Origin: a bacterium
GTDB taxonomy: Bacteria > Patescibacteriota > Minisyncoccia > Phycocordibacterales > Phycocordibacteraceae
Length of the DNA: 64,000 nucleotides
Direction of reading: 5' to 3'
Assembly: GCA_023267755.1 (NCBI GenBank)
Contig: JAHFMR010000003.1
Coordinates: 7,315-71,314, forward strand
Shown here: positions 18,511 to 28,539 of the stretch, piece after piece
How positions within the stretch are numbered: the first letter of the stretch is position 1
Layout: each line of letters begins with the position of its first letter
Position numbers and translations under genes: made by a program
The notes under the pieces: model-generated
Told to the model about the DNA's origin: nothing
The model's database searches: none
What the model saw: the letters and a program-made list of their open reading frames with translations, nothing else

Positions 18511-19122
18511 ATGAAAACTGGACCACGTTACAAGATTGCTAAGCGCCTCGGCGCGACCGTCTTCGAAAAAGCGCAAACGCAGAAGTTTGCTATTTCTGCT
18601 GAGCGCTCTGCCAAGAACAAGCGCCGCGGCCGTGGTCGCCAGAGCGAGTACGGCAAGCAGATGCTCGAGAAGCAGAAGGTGCGCGTTACCTACGGACTAA
18701 CGGAGCGTCAGTTCCGCAACTATGTCCGCAAGGCACTTGAGACGCACGCGATGCAGCCGAGCGAGCGCCTCCACGAGCTTCTCGAAACGCGTCTCGACAA
18801 CGTCGTGTGGCGCCTCGGTCTCGCCGCAACCCGTCGTGGTGCACGTCAGATGGTTGCACACGGCCACGTGATGGTCGGCACAAAGAAGATCCGCGTTCCA
18901 TCGCACCTGCTCTCGGTGGGAGACACCCTCTCTATCCGCGAGGGGTCAAAGGATCACGGTGTGCTGGTGGGCTTTGCCGATCGCTTCGCGGAGCGACCGC
19001 TCCCATCCTGGCTCTCGTGGAATCCAAAAGCGATGGAAGGGACAGTTGTGGCGCGCCCAACTGCGGCGTCGGCAGATCCTGCTGGCGACTTGGTAGCCGT
19101 GCTCTCGTTCTACACGAGATAG
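18511..19122 (+). CDS. rpsD: 30S ribosomal protein S4
   Basis: S4 N-terminal and S4 RNA-binding domains. Confidence 0.95.
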   Translation: MKTGPRYKIAKRLGATVFEKAQTQKFAISAERSAKNKRRGRGRQSEYGKQMLEKQKVRVTYGLTERQFRNYVRKALETHAMQPSERLHELLETRLDNVVWRLGLAATRRGARQMVAHGHVMVGTKKIRVPSHLLSVGDTLSIREGSKDHGVLVGFADRFAERPLPSWLSWNPKAMEGTVVARPTAASADPAGDLVAVLSFYTR

Positions 19123-19157
19123 CAGATTTATTATTTACCGGTAATTACGATTGCGTT

Positions 19158-20099
19158 ATGGAATACCACATTACACTTCCGAGTAAGCCCCGTATCGTTT
19201 CTGAAGAAGGGCTTCAGGGCGTCTATGAGATCGACTCGCTTTACCCAGGCTACGGCCACACCCTCGGCAATAGTCTCCGTCGCATTATCCTCTCCTCGCT
19301 TTCTGGCGCGGCTATCACACAGGTCAAGATTGAGGGCGTCCCGCACGAGTTCGCCACTATCGACGGTATGCGCGAGACCGTTATGGAGCTCCTCCTCAAC
19401 CTCAAGCGCATCCACTTCGTCCTCCACGGTGACGAGCCGCAGACAATCTCGCTCACCGCAAAGGGAACTGGCGAGATTACTGCTAAGAACTTTAATCTGC
19501 CAAGCCAAGTAGAGATTAAGAACCCCGACCAACACATCGCTGACCTCTCTGGCAATAAGGGTTCTATCGAGATTGAGGCTACTATCGAACGCGGTCTGGG
19601 CTATGTCGCGCGCGAGGTACTCACCAAGGACAAGGTAGATATCGGCACCATCGCACTCGACGCGACCTTCACCCCTATTCGTCGTGTGAACTACGAGGTG
19701 GACAATATGCGTGTGGGTGATCGCACCGACTTCAATCGTCTCCGGATCCTTATCGAGACCAATGGCACTATCGCTCCGCGTGAGGCGCTTGAGCAGTCTA
19801 TCGAGACAATGATCCACCAGCTCAAGGCCGTCATCGGCTTCCAAGAATCTGCGCCGATAGAGTCTCCGGCTGCCGCCAAGGCAGAGGCTGCGAGCGAAGC
19901 CACTAAGGTGAAAATAGCCGACCTGAATCTCTCTCCGCGCATCACTACCGCGCTTGAGAGCGCCGGTATCAAGAGCGCCGCTGGTCTCACCCGCAAGACG
20001 GCAAGTGCCCTTAAGGAGCTCGACGGCATCGGCGACAAGGCGATAGAGGAGATTGCTGACGCACTCGCGAACAACGGTCTTACGCTCAAGAGCGAATAA
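19158..20099 (+). CDS. rpoA: DNA-directed RNA polymerase alpha subunit
   Basis: N-terminal dimerisation and C-terminal domains; start at MEYHITLPS after the S4 stop. Confidence 0.95.
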   Translation: MEYHITLPSKPRIVSEEGLQGVYEIDSLYPGYGHTLGNSLRRIILSSLSGAAITQVKIEGVPHEFATIDGMRETVMELLLNLKRIHFVLHGDEPQTISLTAKGTGEITAKNFNLPSQVEIKNPDQHIADLSGNKGSIEIEATIERGLGYVAREVLTKDKVDIGTIALDATFTPIRRVNYEVDNMRVGDRTDFNRLRILIETNGTIAPREALEQSIETMIHQLKAVIGFQESAPIESPAAAKAEAASEATKVKIADLNLSPRITTALESAGIKSAAGLTRKTASALKELDGIGDKAIEEIADALANNGLTLKSE

Positions 20100-20109
20100 C
20101 TAATCCGGT

Positions 20110-20463
20110 ATGGCATTTACTAAGAAAGCACAGACCTTCCATCGCGAGACCGGCCAACGCACGGCTCTCTTGAAGTCGCTCGCGCGCTCCCTCGTCCTCG
20201 AGGAACGCATCTCGACCACCGAGGCCAAGGCCAAGGCGCTCCGCCCGTTTGCCGAGCGACTCGTCACCTACGCTAAAACCAACACACTCGCAAGCCGCCG
20301 GCTCGCATTGTCGCGCCTGGGCGATAAGGAGGCGGTGAAGAAGCTCTTCGACACTATTGGCCCGCGCTACACCGAGCGCAAGGGCGGCTATACGCGTGTC
20401 GTGAAGCGCGCCAAGCGCGGCTTCAACGATGCTCGCAAGCTTGCGTATATCGCATTCGTGTAA
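20110..20463 (+). CDS. rplQ: 50S ribosomal protein L17
   Basis: L17 family sequence. Confidence 0.95.
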   Translation: MAFTKKAQTFHRETGQRTALLKSLARSLVLEERISTTEAKAKALRPFAERLVTYAKTNTLASRRLALSRLGDKEAVKKLFDTIGPRYTERKGGYTRVVKRAKRGFNDARKLAYIAFV

Positions 20464-20479
20464 TTAAATAAGCATTCCT

Positions 20480-20851
20480 ATGACCAGCAACACCAAGCCA
20501 GCCCCGAGCACCTACACTATCGACGCGACCGACCGCACCCTCGGCCGCGTGGCGAGCGAGGCGGCCAGCGCACTTCTCGGCAAGAAGTCTGTCCACTTCG
20601 CCAAGAACCAGGCGATACCGGTCACCGTCACCGTCACTAACGCAGGCAAGCTACACCTCCCAGCACGTCGCACGGCGGGTAAGATCTACACTCGCTACAC
20701 TGGCTACCCAGGCGGCCTCTACAGAATGACGATGGCCGAGATGATCGTGAAGAAGGGTATCAGCGAGGTGGTCCGCAAGACGGTCGACGGGATGATCCCG
20801 CGCAACAAGCTCCGCTCTCCGCGTATGAAGAATCTTATCGTCACCGAATAA
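20480..20851 (+). CDS. rplM: 50S ribosomal protein L13
   Basis: L13 family sequence. Confidence 0.95.
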   Translation: MTSNTKPAPSTYTIDATDRTLGRVASEAASALLGKKSVHFAKNQAIPVTVTVTNAGKLHLPARRTAGKIYTRYTGYPGGLYRMTMAEMIVKKGISEVVRKTVDGMIPRNKLRSPRMKNLIVTE

Positions 20852-20854
20852 TAT

Positions 20855-21253
20855 ATGGCATCAAAAACTTTCATCACCGCCGTCGGACGCCGTAAGACCG
20901 CTATCGCGAGCGTGCGGATGCTTAAGGCCGCCAAGTCCTCACTCGAGGTGAACGGCAAGAGCCCAAAGGACTATTTCAAGACAATCGAGAGGGTGAAGAT
21001 AGCTGAAGAGGCATTCACCATCGCCGAGAGTGCGGAGAACTATGCAGCCTTCGCACACGTGGAGGGTGGTGGTGTCGCCGCACAGGCAGACGCAGTGCGT
21101 CACGCTATCGCCCGCGCCATCATCAAGGCCGAGCCGAACACCCGCAAGGTACTCAAGGCGGCTGGACTCCTCAAGCGCGACCCGCGTGCCAAGGAGCGTA
21201 AGAAGCCGGGCCTCGTGAAGGCGCGCAAGGCCAAGCAATGGTCAAAGCGCTAA
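20855..21253 (+). CDS. rpsI: 30S ribosomal protein S9
   Basis: S9 family, C-terminal ...KKPGLVKARKAKQWSKR. Confidence 0.95.
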   Translation: MASKTFITAVGRRKTAIASVRMLKAAKSSLEVNGKSPKDYFKTIERVKIAEEAFTIAESAENYAAFAHVEGGGVAAQADAVRHAIARAIIKAEPNTRKVLKAAGLLKRDPRAKERKKPGLVKARKAKQWSKR

Positions 21254-21267
21254 GCGCCAATCTCCGC

Positions 21268-21293
21268 AAAACCGCCCGCAAGGGCGGTTTTTG
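21268..21293 (+). terminator. Rho-independent terminator after rpsI
   Basis: accgccc-gcaa-gggcggt hairpin followed by TTTTT. Confidence 0.65.
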
Positions 21294-21299
21294 GTACGG

Positions 21300-21327
21300 T
21301 TGTGCTTATTTGTTTCTCTGGTAGAAT
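21300..21327 (+). promoter_or_regulatory. sigma70-like promoter TTGTGC-16-TAGAAT
   Basis: Upstream of the purCE fusion. Confidence 0.4.
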
Positions 21328-21392
21328 CACACCGGATGTATAGATGTACCGCCGTTTTGGCGATACCGACACTTGATATATGGAGGTTCCAC

Positions 21393-22904
21393 ATGAACAA
21401 CGAAAAGTTGTCCCTTGCTCGCTTGAGCGTCCCAGCCATCCCGGGATTGAAATTGCTTCACCGCGGCAAGGTGCGTGATACCTACGCTATTCCGGACCAT
21501 CCGGACAAGCTCCTGGTTATCGCTACCGACGGCCTCTCTATCTTCGACTTCGTGCTGAATGCGCTCGTCGAGGACAAAGGCGCCGTCTTGACGATGATGA
21601 ACCACTTCTGGCTCACTAAGCTCGAGAAGATGGGCATCAAGACCCACCTGATCGCCGCTGGCGCCGAGGTCGACCAGTATCTGCCCGAAGTCCTCCGCGG
21701 TAACACGGAGCTCCAGAAGCAAGCTATGGTCGTCAAGAAGCTCATGATGATCCCGGTCGAATTCGTCGTCCGCGGATACCTGACCGGCAGCGGCCTCAAG
21801 AGTTACCAGGAGACTGGTACCGTCTGTGGCCATGTCTTGTCGCGAGGCCTCTGTGATGGCGATGAGCTGCTACACCCCATCGATACGCCGACAACCAAGG
21901 CCGAAGAGGGGCACGACGAGCCGCTTGATGCCGCCGAGATTCGCCAGATGTATCCCGAGGAAACGGCGCTCTTACTCGAGATCTATGCCTGGGCAAGGAA
22001 ATTCATGCGGCAATACGGCATCATTATCGCCGATACCAAGATCGAGCTCGGGCGTGATGAAGAGGGAAATCTCTATGTCGCCGATGAGGTCCTCACGCCC
22101 GACTCAAGCCGCTTCTGGTCCTATGATCAGTGGGCTCAGAGTCGTCTGTTGGAAAAGCCGAAGGCTCCACCGCCCTACGACAAGCAGCTGGTGCGCAATG
22201 GGGGCATCCATGAAGGCATCAACAAGCTCGATCCGTCGCGCCTCGAGGACATCGCAAAGGCCCACTCGTGGTGGGTCCCGCCAGAGCTTCTTGAAGCGAC
22301 GACTGCGACATATCGCTACATCTTCTGGCGACTTACCCGGGCTCGTCTCGAGTCGTATCAGGCTTTGGAACTCGGTATCAACGTGGCTCCGCGCAGACGC
22401 AATCTCTCGATCATCTTCGGCAGCAGGAGTGACATCGCCAAGGTGAAGGAAACACTCAAGGCGCTCGAGGACGGGGAATTCCTAAGCGGAATCGCAGAAA
22501 ATGTTCAGTACCACGTGGTGAGCTGCCACCGCAATCCATTCGACCTGATGCGGTTCGTTGCAGGCGGATGTGGCGGCACCGACGCGATCATTGCAGTCGG
22601 GTCAAAAGCGTTCGCTTTGCCGGGGGTCCTTGATGCATTCCTCTACGCACATGGGCGCACCATCCCGGTAATCGGCGTCGCTTTGGGCAAGATTGGGAGC
22701 GCGGATCGCGCCGCAGCAGAGCTCTCGATCTCGGAACTTCCAGGAACACCGGTGGTGATGGATGAAGTCAACAAAAAGGTATATGCCGGTGAACAGGGGC
22801 TCCGCGATGCTCTTCATCGTGTAGCATTCGCCGAACTGCCGCCACTGCGTCCGCGCAAGGTAGCAGAGGCTGAGTTCAACATCAACCCGCACGAATATCT
22901 GTAA
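21393..22904 (+). CDS. purCE: Bifunctional SAICAR synthetase (PurC) - AIR carboxylase/N5-CAIR mutase (PurE) fusion
   Basis: N-terminus LLHRGKVRDTY...LLVIATDGLSIFD (PurC); C-terminus LSIIFGSRSDIAKV...VVSCHRNPFDLMRFVAGGCGG...PVIGVAL (PurE fold); GGAGG RBS before ATG 21393. Confidence 0.75.
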   Translation: MNNEKLSLARLSVPAIPGLKLLHRGKVRDTYAIPDHPDKLLVIATDGLSIFDFVLNALVEDKGAVLTMMNHFWLTKLEKMGIKTHLIAAGAEVDQYLPEVLRGNTELQKQAMVVKKLMMIPVEFVVRGYLTGSGLKSYQETGTVCGHVLSRGLCDGDELLHPIDTPTTKAEEGHDEPLDAAEIRQMYPEETALLLEIYAWARKFMRQYGIIIADTKIELGRDEEGNLYVADEVLTPDSSRFWSYDQWAQSRLLEKPKAPPPYDKQLVRNGGIHEGINKLDPSRLEDIAKAHSWWVPPELLEATTATYRYIFWRLTRARLESYQALELGINVAPRRRNLSIIFGSRSDIAKVKETLKALEDGEFLSGIAENVQYHVVSCHRNPFDLMRFVAGGCGGTDAIIAVGSKAFALPGVLDAFLYAHGRTIPVIGVALGKIGSADRAAAELSISELPGTPVVMDEVNKKVYAGEQGLRDALHRVAFAELPPLRPRKVAEAEFNINPHEYL

Positions 22905-22928
22905 CAACCGTCTCGCAAGAGGCTTATG

Positions 22929-22960
22929 GGGGAGGGCACGCAAGCCCTCCTTTTTCTTTT
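22929..22960 (+). terminator. Rho-independent terminator
   Basis: ggagggc-acgcaa-gccctcc hairpin followed by TTTTTCTTTT. Confidence 0.55.
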
Positions 22961-22976
22961 CCACTTGTGCTATATT
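22961..22976 (+). promoter_or_regulatory. Extended -10 promoter element TGcTATATT
   Basis: Lies between the terminator and the orphan gene at 23023. Confidence 0.3.
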
Positions 22977-23022
22977 CACGCCGGAGCAGTACATCGACAA
23001 CCCAACAACCAGTGAGGTAATC

Positions 23023-23427
23023 ATGCGCAAAAATGAAGCAACAGGCCGTATCAAGATACTCAAGACTCCTGATGGCGAAGCGCCGCTGTGGGTTCGCGAA
23101 GCGTGGTTTGGGCTCATCATCGCATGCTTCCCATATATCGGTGTCCCTTCGGGTGAACTAACCGGCGTCCTGTCTGGTGACGAACTACAGAACACCCGGC
23201 GTGGTGTCATCGTCCCGCAAGCCACCGCAATCGCTGAACTCTCCAAGCATGATCGAGAAGCGGCTGATTGGTGGTTCACCAACGGCTTCGGCGGGGAAGG
23301 CGATTATTTCTTTTTCTTCGAAGACGAGATCGGCATCGTGAGTGGTGTGGGTGAAGCGCCAATGCGTGTCTTCGACGATATGGAGACTGGTCGCTGGGAA
23401 GAACTGCCTGCTGGCACGGCACACTGA
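23023..23427 (+). CDS. Hypothetical protein (orphan with strong SD)
   Basis: RBS AGTGAGGTAATC before the ATG; its own terminator downstream; no recognisable family. Confidence 0.5.
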   Translation: MRKNEATGRIKILKTPDGEAPLWVREAWFGLIIACFPYIGVPSGELTGVLSGDELQNTRRGVIVPQATAIAELSKHDREAADWWFTNGFGGEGDYFFFFEDEIGIVSGVGEAPMRVFDDMETGRWEELPAGTAH

Positions 23428-23445
23428 TTCAGCAGCACACGACCA

Positions 23446-23480
23446 GAAGCGAAGGGGGAATCCTCCTTCGCTTTTTGTTT
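23446..23480 (+). terminator. Rho-independent terminator
   Basis: gcgaagg / ccttcgc stem followed by TTTTTGTTTT. Confidence 0.55.
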
Positions 23481-23516
23481 TGACTACGGACATCATTTCA
23501 GGCATAGTGGAGAGGT

Positions 23517-24047
23517 ATGGTGGAATGGACTGGTGATGATATAGACGCAGAGAACGTCATCGAGCCCGATGAGGGTAGTGATGAAGCCCTGGCAAAAATC
23601 GCGAAGCTCCGTGCGGAGCTCACTACCTGTCGTGCCGAGAAGGCAGAATATATGGACGGCTGGCAGAGAGCCAAGGCCGATTACGTGAATGCCCTAAAGC
23701 GTTTCGACGAGGAGAAGAGACAGGTAAGCGAGCGTGGCGTAGTAAAGGCGGTTGAGACGCTCCTGCCCGCGTTCGATGCGCTCGAGCGCGCCAAGGAGCA
23801 CGGGGATATTCCCGAAGGCTTCAGCGGTATCGTGAAGCAGCTCGAGAGCGCCTTCGCTTCACTCGGGCTCGAGTCAGTAGGCGTTGTCGGTGAGGAGTTT
23901 GATCCAGCAAAGCATGAAGCACTGGGCCAAGACGCAGTGGAGACAGTAGAAGAAGACGGCAGGGTAACCGCAGTGCTCGAGAAGGGGTGGAAGAAGGGTG
24001 AAGTATTGATCCGCCCCGCGAAGGTGCGAGTTGCGCACCACGGGTAA
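23517..24047 (+). CDS. grpE: Nucleotide exchange factor GrpE
   Basis: GrpE coiled-coil plus C-terminal beta domain. Confidence 0.9.
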   Translation: MVEWTGDDIDAENVIEPDEGSDEALAKIAKLRAELTTCRAEKAEYMDGWQRAKADYVNALKRFDEEKRQVSERGVVKAVETLLPAFDALERAKEHGDIPEGFSGIVKQLESAFASLGLESVGVVGEEFDPAKHEALGQDAVETVEEDGRVTAVLEKGWKKGEVLIRPAKVRVAHHG

Positions 24048-24088
24048 CTTTTAGTAAAATTACTATTCCGTAATCAATTTAATTAACT

Positions 24089-25990
24089 ATGGCAAAAATT
24101 CTTGGTATCGATTTGGGCACTACCAACTCCGCGATGGCTATCGTCGAAGGCGGCGAGCCGCGCGTCTTAGAGAACGCCGAAGGCGCGCGCACGACCCCTT
24201 CTATTGTCGCGGTGGGGAAGAACGGAGAGCGCATCGTCGGTACGCTCGCGAAGCGTCAGTCGGTGACCAATCCGCTTAATACTATCTTCCAGATTAAACG
24301 CTTCATCGGTCACTCCTTTGATGAAGCCGAGGTGCAGAAGGACAAGTCTGTTGTCCCCTTTGAGATGCGCAAGGGCGAGACAGGTGGCATCGAGGTTAAG
24401 ATGACCGACAAGTGGTATCGCCCTGAGGAGGTCTCGGCAATGATTCTCGGCAAGATGAAGGCTGACGCTGAGGCCAAGCTCGGCGAGAAGATTACCGAGG
24501 CGGTGATTACCGTCCCTGCCTACTTCAACGATGACCAGCGCAGTGCGACGAAGGCAGCGGGAGAGATTGCGGGCCTTACGGTAAAGCGCATCATCAACGA
24601 GCCGACCGCTGCTGCGCTCGCGTACGGATTTAACAAGAAGAAGGATGAGAAGATTGCGGTCTTCGACTTCGGTGGTGGGACATTCGACATCTCCGTGCTC
24701 GAGGTGGGCGGCGACGTCATAGAAGTCAAGAGCACCGACGGTGACGCGCACTTGGGCGGTAAGGATATCGATCAGAAGATTATCAACTGGCTCGCCGACG
24801 AATTTAAGAAAGAGAGCGGGATCGACGTGCGCTCTGACGCACTCGCGCGCCAGCGCCTCGACGAGGCCGCCGAGAAGGCTAAGATTGAGCTCTCCAGCGC
24901 GATGGAGACAGAGATTAATATCCCATTCCTCACGAGCGACGCTTCGGGCCCGCGCCACCTGCTGATTAAGATGACACGCGCCAAGCTCGAGGAGCTCTCA
25001 AGCGAGTTTGTCGAGCGCGCGATAGCTATCACCAAGCGCGCGATGGAGGCATCGCCCTTTAAGGCGAGCGAGCTGAACGAGATTATCCTCGTGGGCGGCC
25101 AAACCCGTATGCCCGCGATTCAGGCAGCCGTCGAACAATTCTTCGGTAAGAAGCCGAATATGAGCGTCAACCCAGATGAGGTCGTCGCGGTGGGCGCTGC
25201 TATTCAGGCCGGCATCCTCCAGGGCGACGTGAAGGATATTCTCCTCGTAGATGTTATCCCGCTCTCGCTCTCTATCGAGACGATGGGCGGTGTCGCGACT
25301 AAGCTCGTGGAACGCAACACCGCGATACCAACGAGCCGTTCGCAGACCTTCTCCACCGCTGCTGATAATCAGCCGTCAGTAGAGATCCACATCACCCAAG
25401 GCGAGCGCGCGATGAGCGCCGACAATAAGTCATTGGGTAAATTTATGCTCGACGGGATCCCGCCGGCTCCGCGCGGGATGCCGCAGGTAGAAGTTACGTT
25501 CGACGTAGACGCCTCAGGCATTTTGACGGTGAAAGCTAAGGAGAAGACCACGGGCAAAGAGCAGTCTATACGCATCGAGGGCTCGACTGGTCTCTCTAAG
25601 GAGGACATCGCCAAGATGCAGGCCGACGCCGAGACGCACGCCGCAGAAGACGAGAAGCGTAAGGAGCTGGTGGAGGTGCGCAATGTCGCCGAGCAGGCAG
25701 TCTACGCCGCCGAGAAGTCGATTAAGGACTTCGGTGAGAAGGCGGGTGCTGAGGTGGTCAAAGAGGTGCAGGACAAGATTGATGCGCTCAAGACCGCTAA
25801 GGGGGGCGAAGATGCTGCGACGATTAAGACCGCTACCGAGACACTCTCATCTGCACTCTCTAAGATTGGTGAAGCGATGGCCAAGGCGACACCTCCTTCT
25901 GGAGGCGAAGCCGCTGGTCCCGACCAGGGTGGAGGGACTCCGCCAGAAACACCCCCAACAACGGACGCTGAATTTAAAGAAAAAGAGTAG
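24089..25990 (+). CDS. dnaK: Chaperone DnaK (Hsp70)
   Basis: IDLGTTNS and DxGGGTFD motifs, 633 aa. Confidence 0.97.
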   Translation: MAKILGIDLGTTNSAMAIVEGGEPRVLENAEGARTTPSIVAVGKNGERIVGTLAKRQSVTNPLNTIFQIKRFIGHSFDEAEVQKDKSVVPFEMRKGETGGIEVKMTDKWYRPEEVSAMILGKMKADAEAKLGEKITEAVITVPAYFNDDQRSATKAAGEIAGLTVKRIINEPTAAALAYGFNKKKDEKIAVFDFGGGTFDISVLEVGGDVIEVKSTDGDAHLGGKDIDQKIINWLADEFKKESGIDVRSDALARQRLDEAAEKAKIELSSAMETEINIPFLTSDASGPRHLLIKMTRAKLEELSSEFVERAIAITKRAMEASPFKASELNEIILVGGQTRMPAIQAAVEQFFGKKPNMSVNPDEVVAVGAAIQAGILQGDVKDILLVDVIPLSLSIETMGGVATKLVERNTAIPTSRSQTFSTAADNQPSVEIHITQGERAMSADNKSLGKFMLDGIPPAPRGMPQVEVTFDVDASGILTVKAKEKTTGKEQSIRIEGSTGLSKEDIAKMQADAETHAAEDEKRKELVEVRNVAEQAVYAAEKSIKDFGEKAGAEVVKEVQDKIDALKTAKGGEDAATIKTATETLSSALSKIGEAMAKATPPSGGEAAGPDQGGGTPPETPPTTDAEFKEKE

Positions 25991-26004
25991 GGCGGAAAGG
26001 GGGG

Positions 26005-26032
26005 TTGACAGATATGGTGATGTGTGTATAAT
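26005..26032 (+). promoter_or_regulatory. Near-consensus sigma70 promoter TTGACA-16-TATAAT
   Basis: Exact -35 at 26005-26010 and exact -10 at 26027-26032, upstream of the small ORF at 26072. Confidence 0.55.
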
Positions 26033-26071
26033 GTACACAGACGCACCCACCATAACCCAAAGGAGGCAGTC

Positions 26072-26377
26072 ATGTTGCGTAAACCTGAAGCTGGGTATCC
26101 AGGACTCATCGTTTCCCTTGCTGTCCTCATCGTCGCGATGCTGGCGATGACGGACAATTCGGGCTATCAGCCCGTTTCGGAACAGTATCTGGAACGGTCT
26201 TGGTCGAACGCGACCAGCCCGTATCAGTTCACCGACCCAGCCGTCGTGAAGCGAGCGCAAGCTCGCCGGCAGGACACCCGTGAGCTCCACATCCGGAGCT
26301 GCAAGGAAGATCCACGAGGATATGACTGTATCGAGTCGGGCAAGATGCTCGCTCGGCCGACCTTCCTGAAGGCGTAG
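26072..26377 (+). CDS. Small membrane-anchored hypothetical protein (orphan between dnaK and dnaJ)
   Basis: Canonical SD AAAGGAGG 6 nt before the ATG; N-terminal TM, two Cys in a 70-aa ectodomain. Confidence 0.5.
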   Translation: MLRKPEAGYPGLIVSLAVLIVAMLAMTDNSGYQPVSEQYLERSWSNATSPYQFTDPAVVKRAQARRQDTRELHIRSCKEDPRGYDCIESGKMLARPTFLKA

Positions 26378-26508
26378 CTGCATAGAACATCTCCCTGCGA
26401 GAGTCACGAGATGACGATCAACGGGCACTGAAGTGGCGCGAGACTCCCGAGTCCGCGCCATTTTCTTTTTTGCATACGGAAAGTGAGAAGCGTATACTCG
26501 ATATATCT

Positions 26509-27609
26509 ATGGCAAACAGCAAAGATTACTACAACGTGCTCGGTGTCGACAAGAAGGCCGATAAGGAGGAGATTAAGAAGGCCTTCCGTAAGCTCGCGCA
26601 TAAGTACCACCCCGACAAGGGCGGCACTGATGAGGCTAAGTTTAAGGAGATTACCGAGGCCTATTCGATTCTCTCTGACGACAAGAAGCGTCGCGAGTAT
26701 GACACCTATGGCCAAGCGTTCCCTGGTGGCGGAGCCCGTTCCACAGGCTCAGGGCAGGGTGGCAATCCTTTTGCTGGGTTCGACTTCTCGCAGTTCCAGC
26801 AAGGGTTCGGAGGCGGGGGGGTCGAGTTTGACTTCGGTGATGTCTTTGGTGATGTCTTCGGCGGACGTGGAGGTCACGCACGCACACCGAGGGGTCGCGA
26901 TATCTCTATCGATCTCGAGATTCCGTTTAAGGACGCCATCTTCGGGACCACACGTACTGTCCTTATTGGTAAAGTCTTTACCTGTGCTCACTGTCGTGGC
27001 AACGGGGCGAAGCCAGGAACCGATCTCGAGACCTGCAAGACTTGTAATGGGAGTGGTCGTGTCCACGAGATGCGTAATTCTATCCTCGGTCAATTCTCAA
27101 GCGTGCGTACCTGCAGCGACTGCGATGGGAGCGGTAAGATCCCTAAGGAAAAGTGTCCAGAGTGTAAGGGGCACGGTGTCCGTCGCCAAGAGGAGGAGAT
27201 GCATATCAGCGTCCCCGCGGGTATCGACAACGGCGAGATGATCCGCCTGCCCGGACAGGGTGAGGCGATTAAGGCCGGTACCGCAGGCGACCTCTACGTA
27301 AAGGTCCATGTGAAGCCGCACGCCACGTTTAATCGAGACGGAGTAAATCTCGTAATGAACTTGCCGGTCAAGATGACCGATGCGCTGCTCGGCACCACCG
27401 TCTCTGTCGAGACGCTCGAGGGGAAGACGCTCGAGGTCAAGATTCCCGTGATGCGCCATGTCGAGGAGCTCCTGCGTGTCCCCGGGAAGGGAATCCCTTA
27501 CGAGGGGAGTCGGGGCGACCTGATTATCCGACTCGAGGTCGCTCTCCCGCACAAGCTCTCAGGTAAAGCGAAGAAGGCTGTTGAGGAACTCAAATCGGAG
27601 GGGCTCTAG
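26509..27609 (+). CDS. dnaJ: Chaperone DnaJ
   Basis: J domain HPD, G/F-rich region, four CxxCxGxG zinc-finger repeats. Confidence 0.95.
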   Translation: MANSKDYYNVLGVDKKADKEEIKKAFRKLAHKYHPDKGGTDEAKFKEITEAYSILSDDKKRREYDTYGQAFPGGGARSTGSGQGGNPFAGFDFSQFQQGFGGGGVEFDFGDVFGDVFGGRGGHARTPRGRDISIDLEIPFKDAIFGTTRTVLIGKVFTCAHCRGNGAKPGTDLETCKTCNGSGRVHEMRNSILGQFSSVRTCSDCDGSGKIPKEKCPECKGHGVRRQEEEMHISVPAGIDNGEMIRLPGQGEAIKAGTAGDLYVKVHVKPHATFNRDGVNLVMNLPVKMTDALLGTTVSVETLEGKTLEVKIPVMRHVEELLRVPGKGIPYEGSRGDLIIRLEVALPHKLSGKAKKAVEELKSEGL

Positions 27610-27627
27610 TCGTGTATACTTTAGGGT

Positions 27628-28149
27628 ATGACTGCCTCTGACGGCATCGCCCAGGTAAGTGCTCTCGCGTCACACTCCGCGCTTACCGTGTGGAGTCTTG
27701 GGAGCGACTTCATCATTATCATCGTTCTGGTGCTCTTCTTCCTCTTCTTCGCGCGGAGTGTGGGTAGGGGCCAGTTCGTCGCTATCCTCCTCGCGTTCTA
27801 CTGCGCCTATGCGCTCTACGCCACCTTCCCCTACGCGTCCTACTTGCCGACCGCGCCTGCTCTAACCGCGCTCCTTTCCCAGCTCGGCGTCTATCTTGGC
27901 CTCTCATTTATCTTCTACGTGATTCTCCGCCGCGTGGTCGTCTCTGATTTCCTTAATATCGGACTTCTCGGACTCATCCTTCTCGCATTTCTGGGCACTG
28001 GCTTCCTTATCGCACTCGCGTATCACGTGTTCCCGGTTGATACGGTCTATCACTTCACCCCCACACTCGATCTCCTCTTCGCACCCAAGGCCTACTTCTG
28101 GTGGTGGTTCATCGCCCCAGCTATCGGTCTCTTCTTCCTCGCTCAATAG
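27628..28149 (+). CDS. Polytopic membrane protein, hypothetical
   Basis: 4-5 predicted TM helices, aromatic-rich. Confidence 0.5.
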   Translation: MTASDGIAQVSALASHSALTVWSLGSDFIIIIVLVLFFLFFARSVGRGQFVAILLAFYCAYALYATFPYASYLPTAPALTALLSQLGVYLGLSFIFYVILRRVVVSDFLNIGLLGLILLAFLGTGFLIALAYHVFPVDTVYHFTPTLDLLFAPKAYFWWWFIAPAIGLFFLAQ

Positions 28150-28194
28150 AGTGTAGAAATCGGGATGTGGGTAGTGTGATAAGATGGGGAACAT

Positions 28195-28539
28195 ATGTCG
28201 AAGGAAGAAAAAAATGCAGTGACACTTGACGACCTGGCTCAGATGGTCGCGGGCGGGTTCGTCGAACTTCGACAGGAAATGCACGATGGGTTTGCACGTG
28301 CGGATGGCCGTATAGATCAACTCGAAGCCAAAATGGACCGCGGATTCGCTAAGACTGACCAACACTTCACTGAAGTTGAAGATCGTCTCCTGACTCTCGA
28401 ACGCATCACTGCCAAAACAGCAAACGCCGTTGCTGATCTCCAGGAAGAAGTCTCCGCGATGAACACCGCTTTAGAAAAAGACACGCGCCAGATCATGAGC
28501 CACGAGCGCCGTATCACCACGCTTGAAGCGGTCGCTTGA
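28195..28539 (+). CDS. Coiled-coil hypothetical protein
   Basis: Heptad-rich sequence; its stop overlaps the tyrS start (ATGA). Confidence 0.45.
   Translation: MSKEEKNAVTLDDLAQMVAGGFVELRQEMHDGFARADGRIDQLEAKMDRGFAKTDQHFTEVEDRLLTLERITAKTANAVADLQEEVSAMNTALEKDTRQIMSHERRITTLEAVA

Noticed and set aside
19131-19844. 237-aa minus-strand ORF
   Set aside because: Antisense to rpoA. Spurious.
21334-21392. Possible purine or ZTP riboswitch in the purCE 5' leader
   Set aside because: The leader is only about 59 nt and lacks the conserved purine-riboswitch or pfl-motif sequence elements.
24167-24958. 263-aa minus-strand ORF
   Set aside because: Antisense to dnaK. Spurious.
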